In this document: piece after piece, positions 1-7,551 of the stretch
Numbering within the stretch: position 1 is the first letter of the stretch
Layout of the letters: every line of letters starts with the position of its first letter
Assembly (NCBI GenBank): GCA_034439715.1
Contig: JAWXAY010000018.1
Location: 1-25,821 of the forward strand
Direction of reading: 5' to 3'
DNA from: Pseudomonadota bacterium
Lineage (GTDB): Bacteria > Bdellovibrionota > Bdellovibrionia > Bdellovibrionales > SG-bin7
Length of the DNA: 25,821 nucleotides
Made by a program: the position numbers and the translations under genes
Notes under the pieces: model-generated
Databases searched by the model: none
Told to the model about the DNA's origin: nothing
The model's input: only the letters and a program-made list of their open reading frames with translations

Positions 1-1245
1 CAATTAAGCGTACCTCATCCACAGCATCCTGGTAAACTTAACTTCGCCTGGAAAATATTGTTTCCAAACGAACAAATTCCACAGGGGCCTTTTTCTTATG
101 ACACTAATTTTGATGTTCAATTAAGTGAATTGGGCGTCTATTCGATTGGACTTGTCGCTCAAGATTCTCGTGGAGTCTGTGCCCTGTCGGTGGTCGAAGT
201 GGGGGTCACGGACAATCCCCAGTTAGTGCGCAATGCCAATCCAAATCTTCTTCCGCTGTCAAAACTTGACGGGGACTTCGGACATGTACGGGCACTAAAT
301 GCCGAAAAAGCGTGGACGATTTCTCAAGGTAAAGGGCAAAAAATTGCCATTATCGACACGGGAGTCAATTATAACCACCCCTACCTTTCAAGTAACATTG
401 CTATTAATGACAAAGAATTGCCTGGCAACAACATCGACGACGATCGAAACGGCCTCATTGATGACGTATTTGGTTGGGATTTTGTTCAGGAAGACGCTCT
501 GCCCTACGATGACTCCGGTCATGGTAGTCACGTTGCAGGTCTTGCAGCAGGAAAAGTTTTCGGTATAGCTCAGGATGCCAAAATTCTTGCTATTAAGGGC
601 GTCATGGTCGATGGAATCACTGACCTCGGCTTAGTTATTAGCGGCATATATTATGCCGCTGATAATGGTGCCACTGTAATTAATCTTTCTCTCGGAGGCC
701 CCGCGAGTAAAGACCCTCAAAAAGATCTGATCCCACTAAGAAAGGCTTTTGCTTACGCCGAGTCTAAAGGTGCTGTCATAGTAACGGCCTCCGGGAACGG
801 TGCAAGATCGGCAAATGGCTCAACCGTCCCTATAAATATCGATATTAGTCTCCATTTACCAGCTGGGTTGGATATCTTAAATAACATTTCTGTGGCGGCA
901 ACAAACGCATTTGGACAACTAACTTCTTATTCTAATTTTGGAATAAAATCGGTTAAGGTTGCGGCACCTGGTGGAGATGATAGTAAACCAGTATTTAGCG
1001 CCAAACAGGATAACTCTAAAGGGAATCTTTTTTTTGGCGCCAGCGGCACCTCGATGGCGACTCCGATAGTTTCAGGCGCCATTGCTTTAGCTCGCGCGGC
1101 TAATTCTGAAATGTCCATGAAGGAGCTTAACGAAATACTCCAGAAAAGCGGCACGACCAATCCGTCTCTTCGTGGAAAAGTAAAATCGGAGAGAATTCTG
1201 GACGTTTTCGCCCTTGTGAACAACGCTCAAAACAGGCTATTTTAA
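1..1245 (+). CDS. Subtilisin-like S8 serine protease, 5'-partial, probably with a PKD/Ig-like domain before the catalytic domain
   Basis: Frame 1 is open from base 1 (QLSVPHPQHPGKLNFAWKILFP...), so the real start lies outside the window. Catalytic triad motifs: IIDTG (Asp), HGSHVAG (His), GTSMATP (Ser). Also NLSLGG, ASGN (oxyanion) and the N-x-I-D-D-D-x-N-G-x-I-D-D-x-x-G-W-D-F insert. Confidence 0.95.
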   Translation, partial: QLSVPHPQHPGKLNFAWKILFPNEQIPQGPFSYDTNFDVQLSELGVYSIGLVAQDSRGVCALSVVEVGVTDNPQLVRNANPNLLPLSKLDGDFGHVRALNAEKAWTISQGKGQKIAIIDTGVNYNHPYLSSNIAINDKELPGNNIDDDRNGLIDDVFGWDFVQEDALPYDDSGHGSHVAGLAAGKVFGIAQDAKILAIKGVMVDGITDLGLVISGIYYAADNGATVINLSLGGPASKDPQKDLIPLRKAFAYAESKGAVIVTASGNGARSANGSTVPINIDISLHLPAGLDILNNISVAATNAFGQLTSYSNFGIKSVKVAAPGGDDSKPVFSAKQDNSKGNLFFGASGTSMATPIVSGAIALARAANSEMSMKELNEILQKSGTTNPSLRGKVKSERILDVFALVNNAQNRLF

Positions 1246-1248
1246 CGC

Positions 1249-1276
1249 TTGACTTGTTGAGTCGCTAATTTATTCT
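1249..1276 (+). promoter_or_regulatory. Candidate sigma70 promoter, possibly giving a leaderless transcript
   Basis: TTGACT (1249-1254), N16, TATTCT (1271-1276). The ATG at 1283 follows 6 nt later and has no clear SD. Confidence 0.4.
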
Positions 1277-1282
1277 CATAGG

Positions 1283-2017
1283 ATGAGCTTTCGAAGATTT
1301 TATATTCATAACCAACTGTTTTATTTCATTCTTTGTTCACTTTCACTAGCTGCGCACGCAGAACTATTTAAAAGTTCGTACCTAAGCTTCGAACTTCCCT
1401 CTAAATGGCAATGTACGCTCGAGGGGACTGAGCATGTTTGCACAAGTACTACCCAATCAGGAAAAAAAGAAGCGGTTATCGTATTAACGGCCAAAGAGCG
1501 TGGTCCAAGCGATTCGCTGGCGGCCTATGAACAACACTTGAAAACTCCCAGGACCATTCCCGACGACAAAGGCAAGCCAGTCCAATCTAAAATAGTTCAA
1601 GTAAAACGATCCTCCGTTAACAATCATGAATGGGTGGACGGCTTTCATGAGGGTAGCGAAGTTGCCAACTACTTCACTCGATATATGGCTACTATAAAAG
1701 ATAACTTAGGAATTCTCGTGACATTTTCGGCTCACAAAAAGGTTTACTCTAAATTTAGTGGGGATTTTGCTAAGGCCATTCAAAGTTTAAGGGTGCTTTC
1801 GGTTCCCTCAATCAACTTTAATGCCACCAATATTACTACCACCAATAATCCCATAAACCCTCAACGCCAAGTGGTTGTCGATGACATCGATCCGTCGGAT
1901 CCAGAGCCCATTGCCGAATCGAGCGACAACTCGACAACCCTTCTGGGCCTTATTTTACTTATACTGGCCGTAGTCATTTATTTCTTATTTGGGAAAAAAA
2001 GTAAGCCTCGTCGCTGA
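1283..2017 (+). CDS. Hypothetical exported protein with C-terminal membrane anchor
   Basis: Signal-peptide-like N-terminus ending in AHA. Globular region with two Cys (WQC...HVC), a Thr/Asn/Pro/Asp-rich linker, then a TM helix (LLGLILLILAVVIYFLF) and a basic tail. Confidence 0.8.
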   Translation: MSFRRFYIHNQLFYFILCSLSLAAHAELFKSSYLSFELPSKWQCTLEGTEHVCTSTTQSGKKEAVIVLTAKERGPSDSLAAYEQHLKTPRTIPDDKGKPVQSKIVQVKRSSVNNHEWVDGFHEGSEVANYFTRYMATIKDNLGILVTFSAHKKVYSKFSGDFAKAIQSLRVLSVPSINFNATNITTTNNPINPQRQVVVDDIDPSDPEPIAESSDNSTTLLGLILLILAVVIYFLFGKKSKPRR

Positions 2018-2058
2018 TAGCATTGAACTTTAAACATATCTCTTGTAGTTATCCTCCT

Positions 2059-2358
2059 ATGCCCTTTTATTCGGAATGGTTTAAGCGTCTATCTGATTTC
2101 GAAGTTTCACCTAACCTTTTATGGATTGCTGGTATTTCTTTTTTAGTTGCCTTTTTATTTCTGATTCGCGAATTTTTTTCTTGGATGGTCAAACAAGGTG
2201 AACTCAAACGAGACCTAAAAGACATAAAGGCTGAACTTGAAAGTATAAGTGAACTCTTGAGAGATTATGAGAGAAATAAAGGTGCGGAATCGAACACTCC
2301 GCAACCTGCATTCCCTTTAGTTAGCAATCAAAACCACGATCAGTCGTTAGAAAACTAA
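2059..2358 (+). CDS. Small single-pass membrane protein with coiled coil (hypothetical)
   Basis: TM segment LLWIAGISFLVAFLFLI followed by REFFSW and a coiled-coil-like stretch. Start is uncertain: ATG 2059 or TTG 2023. Confidence 0.65.
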   Translation: MPFYSEWFKRLSDFEVSPNLLWIAGISFLVAFLFLIREFFSWMVKQGELKRDLKDIKAELESISELLRDYERNKGAESNTPQPAFPLVSNQNHDQSLEN

Positions 2359-2408
2359 CTTCATAACTCGAGCTTCGACATCACTGGACATGGGACCGGT
2401 TATGGCAA

Positions 2409-2441
2409 TACCCTCGTTGCTCAATCTCGAACGTCGTCCGA
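2409..2441. repeat. Left arm of long inverted repeat
   Basis: 2416-2441 gttgctcaatctcgaacgtcgtccga is the exact reverse complement of 2782-2807. It extends to 2409-2441 vs 2782-2814 with 2 mismatches. Confidence 0.97.
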
Positions 2442-2511
2442 ATGCAGCATCCGAAATCTGAAGTCTTCAAAATAAACCTATCTCCAGAGCGAACTTAAAA
2501 CTTGTAGAGTT

Positions 2512-2527
2512 TGGCCTGCCATTTGCT
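2512..2527 (+). promoter_or_regulatory. sigma54 (RpoN) -24/-12 promoter
   Basis: TGGCCTGCCATTTGCT: GG at 2513-2514, exactly 10 nt, then GC at 2525-2526, with the TTGC context. Predicted start ~2538, just before the ATG at 2540. Confidence 0.6.
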
Positions 2528-2539
2528 GACAGTGTAGTT

Positions 2540-2815
2540 ATGAGTCGACATAGGCTTTGGCATTTTGAACCTAAACTGGTGCGTGATACCCTTCACCACG
2601 TTTTTCAATGCGCCAAACAGATTCACGAAATTGAATTGGAATTAATAAGACAGCTTAGTCAAATCGATGAAAACCGCTACTTCGTAAGACTTGGGTACAA
2701 GTCCTTGCGAACATTCTGTGTTCACGACCTTAAATTCACGCGCACGCAAGCGCAAAGAATCGTAACAGAGGTTCGACGCCATCGGACGACGTTCGAGATT
2801 GAGCAACAGGGGTAA
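2540..2815 (+). CDS. 91-aa helical protein resembling the N-terminal (DUF222-like) region of Bdellovibrio-type HNH endonucleases, lacking the HNH domain
   Basis: ELELIRQLSQIDENRYFVRLGYKSLRTFCVHDLKFTRTQAQR matches the pattern I recall for that family (L..id..r.y..LGY.SL..yC...L.ys...A.r). No CxxC or HNH motif follows. Confidence 0.6.
   Translation: MSRHRLWHFEPKLVRDTLHHVFQCAKQIHEIELELIRQLSQIDENRYFVRLGYKSLRTFCVHDLKFTRTQAQRIVTEVRRHRTTFEIEQQG
2782..2814. repeat. Right arm of long inverted repeat, inside the 3' end of the 91-aa ORF
   Basis: tcggacgacgttcgagattgagcaacaggggta encodes RTTFEIEQQG and part of the stop codon. It is the reverse complement of 2409-2441. Confidence 0.97.
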
Positions 2816-3003
2816 GTGCTACTACCCAGTGTGCATTTCAATTCGCCAATTATTTTTAAACCAGTGCTAGGTGGTCAGAGTAAAGTGAAGCGCGGCGTCG
2901 CTTGGGGAATGTTTTTTACGAGAGCCGTTACAACTTCATTAGGGAGCTCTGTATAAAAGGGTTGTCGGCTATAGTAAAGGCGAATAGGACTTCGCAGTAG
3001 CGT
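2816..3003 (+). ncRNA. Candidate structured RNA (unassigned family)
   Basis: Nested pairings found by eye: 2816-2823/2996-3003, 2841-2847/2979-2985, 2880-2885/2914-2919, 2888-2892/2899-2903, and 2923-2936/2959-2970 (2-nt bulge). G-U pairs favour the + strand. Confidence 0.3.
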
Positions 3004-4391
3004 CAGCGCTTTGTTGAATAACTTCTGACTGTAACCTCACCCAACGCCGAGAGCTGAGATTTTACAGCGTTGGCATTTGAGAAAACCAATATTTTTAAAT
3101 TTTTTGGTTGATAGTATTTTCGAATGGCTTCGTTAATATCTTCGGCGGAGATTCCGCGTACGTTTTCTACAAAATCAGTTAAATAATAATCAGAAATTTT
3201 ATAAAGTCGTAACGTCAAAAGATTGAATGCGAGGCGCTCAGCCGTTTCAATGGACCTCGGAAAATTACCAATCAAAAGAGCTTTGGCGTCATTGACTTCT
3301 TGTTCGGTAACGCCCTCGTCGCGAAATTTTTCAACCTCTCCCAAGGTCTTTCGGATTAATTCGCCCACCTTATCGTTTCTTGTGCTCGCCGCTACTATAA
3401 AAGGACCAAAATCTTTACGGGCGTCAAACGCGGCGGATATGCCATAAGTCAACCCTGCCTTAACTCGCACACTCTGCATGAGCCGACTGGTAAATCCCGA
3501 ACCTAAAATCGTATTAGCAATTCGTAGTTTTAAAAAGTCGGGGTTATCTCTTTTTATGCCCACATGCCCAATTCTCACCTGTGTCTGCACAAGATCGGCC
3601 TTGTCTATAACTTCTAGCTTTATGCCCTGCCACGGATTGAGCGTGGGGTATTTAGTGTCGTCGATATTTCGTGGCTTCCATCGTGCAAAGCTTTTCTCTA
3701 ACACTTCAATAATATTTGAGTCATAGTTTCCGACAACTGCCAAAACTGCATTGTTAGGTCTAAAATATTGTAAGTAATGTTTTACCACGTGCTTTTGTTT
3801 AATTCCACCGATGCCAGAAACAGTGCCCATGACTGGGTGACCGTAAGGGTGATTGTTATAAAGAAGTTCGCCAAAACTCATGTCAGCAAAGGAATCAGGT
3901 TTCTCTGAGATTTTTTTTATACCATCGATGGTTTGTTTCTTTAGTCTTTGAATTTCGCTGTCAGCAAAATTGGCCTCTGTGATTAATTCGGCAAGAATAC
4001 TTAAGATCGTTTCTCGATGGAAAGATAATCCTGAAGCCGAGACTTCAGTATAATCATATCCCGTCGATATCTCTAGCGAGGCGCCCAATTGTTCTAAGCG
4101 ATCAACTATCTGCATCGCACTGCTCTTTTGTGTTCCCTTTTTAAACATGTCACCCACAAAATTTGTAAGTCCCGGAATTTGATTGGGGTCATGAGCTGCT
4201 CCGGTGCCAAACATCATCGAGAACGAGGTGTATGGCAACGACTTGTCTTCAACCAACAGTACTTTTAAACCATTAGAAAGTTCAGTTTCAGAATAGGGTT
4301 TGATGTTAAACGAAGACCCACTAAATGGATTAATTGAAGCACTGGAACAACCAATGAGCATCAATAGACCGCCAGCTAATAATCTTTTCAT
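3003..4391 (-). CDS. M16B peptidase, non-catalytic subunit, predicted lipoprotein
   Basis: LSNGLKV start of the M16 fold. HxxEH is replaced by NFVGD, while the SRL...VR...GLTY (R/Y) motif is present. ATG 4391 has a GAGG SD and is followed by lipobox-like MKRLLAGGLLMLIG-C. Confidence 0.9.
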   Translation of the reverse strand: MKRLLAGGLLMLIGCSSASINPFSGSSFNIKPYSETELSNGLKVLLVEDKSLPYTSFSMMFGTGAAHDPNQIPGLTNFVGDMFKKGTQKSSAMQIVDRLEQLGASLEISTGYDYTEVSASGLSFHRETILSILAELITEANFADSEIQRLKKQTIDGIKKISEKPDSFADMSFGELLYNNHPYGHPVMGTVSGIGGIKQKHVVKHYLQYFRPNNAVLAVVGNYDSNIIEVLEKSFARWKPRNIDDTKYPTLNPWQGIKLEVIDKADLVQTQVRIGHVGIKRDNPDFLKLRIANTILGSGFTSRLMQSVRVKAGLTYGISAAFDARKDFGPFIVAASTRNDKVGELIRKTLGEVEKFRDEGVTEQEVNDAKALLIGNFPRSIETAERLAFNLLTLRLYKISDYYLTDFVENVRGISAEDINEAIRKYYQPKNLKILVFSNANAVKSQLSALGEVTVRSYSTKR

Positions 4392-4398
4392 AAAAGCC

Positions 4399-5748
4399 TC
4401 ACTTGGGATATATCCTAACAATAGATCTTTGCTCTGGTTTTAAATATTGCTCGGCTACAGTCTGGATTTTTTCTCGGGTGACGGCATTGTACTTATCTAA
4501 ATCTTTAAAAAACATTTGATAGTCACCAAAGAGGGTTTCGTTCATGGCAATAATATTGCCTTTGCCGTGAATAGTTTTTAGCGAATTTACATAGTCAGTC
4601 ATCACTGAGTTTTTTGCCTTTTGTAACTCTTCTTCCGAAATAAGTATTTGCTTTACCCGCCATATTTCGCCAAATATTCCCTGCAATACAGGGTCTTCTT
4701 TTATTCCGGAGCGTAACGATGTGATAATTCCAAAAATTCCATCGTCCTGCAGTGTATAGTTAAAAGCCTGCATCGATAAAGCCTTTTGCTCTTTATAAAC
4801 AAGCCTTCGATGTAGCCGACTTGACTCGCCGGCGCCAAGAATATTTGACAATAGATCGAGCGCATAAGCATCATCAGTTCCCGCTTTAGAAGTTTTAAAG
4901 GTAACTCCTATTGTGGGTGTCTGAACCTCTTTGGAGATTTGCCGTGCTCGCTCCCCACGCTGGAGAGGCTCTACTTGATATTCAGATTTTTCAAGAGTTG
5001 TCGAGGCCGGTAAGGATCCGTAGAATTTTTCGACCAATGCCTTGGTTTTTGAAATACTAATATCGCCCGCAATAACTAATGTTGCATTGTTCGGAGCATA
5101 AAACTTTTTATAAAAGGCGATGCAATCGCTAACCTTCATTCGGTTGAGATCCTCCATCCATCCAACTACGGGCCATTTGTAGGGATGAACTTTAAAGACC
5201 GCACCAAATATTAATTCAAATAGAGTCCCCTGAATGGAGTTCTCAGTCCGCATCCTTCGCTCTTCTTTTACTACCTCTCTTTCGCTTTTGAGGTTGGCTT
5301 CTGTGACTTCCAAATGAGTCATTCGATCTGACTCTAGATCCATAAGCACCTCTAACTTATCGCTAGGGGCATCGATATAGTATCCCGTGTAGTCATTTGA
5401 AGTGAAGGCATTGTTGACAGCTCCATTTGCCTGCAAAATTTGATCAAATCTTTCTGCTGGATATTTGGCTGTGCCTTTAAACATCATATGCTCAAATAAA
5501 TGAGCCATACCCGTCAGTCCGGGTTTTTCGTTCTTAGAGCCAACACGAAACCATGTATGATAGCTGACAAGCGGTACCGAGTGGTCTTCGTAGAGAAGCA
5601 CATTCAAGCCATTATTTAATTTGAACTTTTCAACTGCTAGTTTCAGTTGAAGTTGATTTTCTGGCGGTTTTTCTGGCGCCGAAAAACAAAGGCCAGAAAA
5701 AAGCTCTAAAAAAACAAATGCTAGCGAAGCCACAATCCTTTGTGCCAT
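4399..5748 (-). CDS. M16B zinc peptidase (pitrilysin-like), catalytic subunit, exported
   Basis: Inverted zinc motif HLFEHMMFKG, NAFTS, downstream EREVVKEE, YAPNNA. Signal peptide and AGGAG SD. Confidence 0.95.
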   Translation of the reverse strand: MAQRIVASLAFVFLELFSGLCFSAPEKPPENQLQLKLAVEKFKLNNGLNVLLYEDHSVPLVSYHTWFRVGSKNEKPGLTGMAHLFEHMMFKGTAKYPAERFDQILQANGAVNNAFTSNDYTGYYIDAPSDKLEVLMDLESDRMTHLEVTEANLKSEREVVKEERRMRTENSIQGTLFELIFGAVFKVHPYKWPVVGWMEDLNRMKVSDCIAFYKKFYAPNNATLVIAGDISISKTKALVEKFYGSLPASTTLEKSEYQVEPLQRGERARQISKEVQTPTIGVTFKTSKAGTDDAYALDLLSNILGAGESSRLHRRLVYKEQKALSMQAFNYTLQDDGIFGIITSLRSGIKEDPVLQGIFGEIWRVKQILISEEELQKAKNSVMTDYVNSLKTIHGKGNIIAMNETLFGDYQMFFKDLDKYNAVTREKIQTVAEQYLKPEQRSIVRIYPK

Positions 5749-5777
5749 ATCCGCTCCTATTAAAAAACCTTATATCT

Positions 5778-5807
5778 ATTGTGATTATTGAAACTGATTT
5801 TAGTCAA
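5778..5807 (-). promoter_or_regulatory. Candidate sigma70 promoter for the M16 pair
   Basis: Minus strand TTGACT (5807-5802), N18, CACAAT (5783-5778). Confidence 0.35.
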
Positions 5808-5818
5808 GAAGGTAGATT

Positions 5819-6322
5819 TTATTGTACTACAAAATCAGTAAATAAGACGTCTTTGACGACACCTTCTTTAAGAAAGCCATTTAAGCTTGCGGCTATTTGA
5901 TCTTTTAGAAATAGCTTTCCTTGAATAGTCTCTATGTCCTGGAACCTTTTTGCATTGAGAATTTTAACAATTGAATCGCGAGCGACGGCCCCCACCTGGA
6001 CCACCTCTTCGAATCCCTTTTCGTCGAGCATTTCTAAGGCGATTTCAAAGCGAATTGCTCGACGCGGGTGCCCCGATAAGTTGAGAGTAAACTCGTCCAT
6101 TCGATAGAGTATAATATCTGATTCCATTTCATCTAGTTGGGATGCGAGAGTCACCACTTCGACCTCTTCAGTGATCTTAGGAGCTTCAAAGCCTATCGTA
6201 TTAGCAAATACAAAATAGGACCCAACTCCCAGTACCCCGAAGTTCACTACAATTGCTATCGGTAAAAGCAGCATTCCAATTCCGCCGGATTTGGTAGGTG
6301 TAGGATTCTCATTTTCAGCCAT
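5819..6322 (-). CDS. fliL: Flagellar basal body-associated protein FliL
   Basis: N-terminal TM helix, FTLNL, RDSIVKIL...GKLFLKDQI...LN...VKDVLFTDFVVQ C-terminal signature. ATG 6322 has a GGGAG SD. Confidence 0.93.
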   Translation of the reverse strand: MAENENPTPTKSGGIGMLLLPIAIVVNFGVLGVGSYFVFANTIGFEAPKITEEVEVVTLASQLDEMESDIILYRMDEFTLNLSGHPRRAIRFEIALEMLDEKGFEEVVQVGAVARDSIVKILNAKRFQDIETIQGKLFLKDQIAASLNGFLKEGVVKDVLFTDFVVQ

Positions 6323-6339
6323 AACACTCCCTAGACTTC

Positions 6340-6366
6340 TTATCGGCACCATGACAAAAGTCTTGA
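6340..6366 (-). promoter_or_regulatory. sigma28 (FliA) promoter of fliL
   Basis: Minus strand TCAAG (6366-6362), N14, GCCGATAA (6347-6340). The -10 box is a perfect consensus and lies upstream of a flagellar gene. Confidence 0.85.
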
Positions 6367-6466
6367 GATTTTATCTAGAGTTGGACTTCAATTTCTTGAC
6401 AAAAAAGCCGTTTAATCTTGTGATTAAGACTTGAAGATTTACTTGTATCTAAACGCGCCAAAAAAG

Positions 6467-7546
6467 ATGGGATTTTTGACTAAGTTTTTGACAACATTTT
6501 ATATACTATTACCCGCTGCGTTAGTGACCTCGGTTACAACTATGTTCCCCTGTTATACACGTGCTTTGGAAACAAAGGACCTGCCCGCCAGAAGTCTCGA
6601 GGAAGAGGTAAAGGACAACTCCGGCAGTCTTCAACAAAAGCTCGGCTCACAAGTCCCAGATGCAATACTCAATATAAGCACAAATCCCTTTTTTTCGAAT
6701 TATGTTTTTTTGATCGACAAGACCGACCGAAGTCTCACTATTTGGCAGAAATCGGCAGACAGCACGAAGGCTATCAGAAACTACCCCACCGACATTGGCA
6801 AAAATCAGGGCGATAAAACCTCATTAGGCGATCACAAAACCCCCGAAGGAATTTATACCTTTCAAGAGATGTTCGAAGGTCCCAATCTTGATTTCTCTCT
6901 TTATGGGAGTCGAGCTTATACCATTAGCTATCCAAATCTTTTTGACAATCTTTTGGGAAAAACAGGATCAGGCATTTGGCTTCATGCCGTGCCTGATACT
7001 GTGGCCTTAACTCGTGGGTCTAGAGGGTGTGTGGTTGTGAGAAATGGTGTCATTAAAGAACTCTCGCAATTTATTAACCTCAAGAAGACTCCAATCATAA
7101 TTCGCGATGCGGTTCAATATGTAGCGCCCGAATTGCAAAAGAAAAAATATCAGGACATAGCCGCAAAAATAGAAGACTGGCGTCTGGCCTGGGAACGAAA
7201 AGACGTCAATAAATATATCGATTACTATAGTGAAAGCTTTGCGGCTCTTGGCATGAACAAGAAGCAATGGCGAAAATATAAAGAAGAACTTAGCGTAAAG
7301 TATAAAGAAATAAAGATAAAATTTTCGGAGCCCAGCATCTTTGAACAAAAAAACCAAATTACCGTCAGAACTTTACAGTCATATGAGTCTAATGAACATT
7401 CCGACTTTGGTGAAAAAACAATTTATCTAACTTATGACGGCACGAATATTTCAATTGTAGGCGAAGAATGGACTGAAACAAAAGATCCAGGTGTGATTCA
7501 GGGGTTTAACAGTTCGCTGTTTTCTCTTAAGCCTAGTACAAATTAA
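6467..7546 (+). CDS. L,D-transpeptidase/L,D-carboxypeptidase with C-terminal NTF2-like domain (Csd6/Pgp2/Bd1075-like)
   Basis: GDK...GDHKTPEGIY, YPN, GSGIWLHA...SRGCVVV (YkuD catalytic His/Cys). NTF2-like region WRLAWERKDVNKYIDYYS...QSYES...SDFGEKTIYL...IVGEEW. Signal peptide from ATG 6467 (TTG 6431 is an alternative). Confidence 0.9.
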   Translation: MGFLTKFLTTFYILLPAALVTSVTTMFPCYTRALETKDLPARSLEEEVKDNSGSLQQKLGSQVPDAILNISTNPFFSNYVFLIDKTDRSLTIWQKSADSTKAIRNYPTDIGKNQGDKTSLGDHKTPEGIYTFQEMFEGPNLDFSLYGSRAYTISYPNLFDNLLGKTGSGIWLHAVPDTVALTRGSRGCVVVRNGVIKELSQFINLKKTPIIIRDAVQYVAPELQKKKYQDIAAKIEDWRLAWERKDVNKYIDYYSESFAALGMNKKQWRKYKEELSVKYKEIKIKFSEPSIFEQKNQITVRTLQSYESNEHSDFGEKTIYLTYDGTNISIVGEEWTETKDPGVIQGFNSSLFSLKPSTN

Positions 7547-7551
7547 TCAAT

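Noticed and set aside
58..60. ORF-track start codons at 58, 4421, 6352, 8549, 12314, 15343, 17082 and 23599
   Set aside because: The frame is open further upstream (58), or a downstream ATG fits the SD, signal peptide or family N-terminus better.
2409..2814. Calling the repeat-bounded cassette an IS element or a CRISPR remnant
   Set aside because: There is no transposase motif. There are only two copies, in inverted orientation, with no repeat-spacer periodicity. A TA duplication cannot be told apart from the palindromic repeat ends.
2816..3003. 6S RNA, tRNA, SRP or riboswitch identity for the structured gap
   Set aside because: The pairing looks multibranched rather than rod-shaped, and I recognised no T-loop, SRP loop or aptamer consensus.
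6396..6430. sigma70 promoter for the LDT gene (TTGACA at 6396-6401)
   Set aside because: The -10 at correct spacing (TGTGAT) lacks the conserved A; plausible but unsupported.
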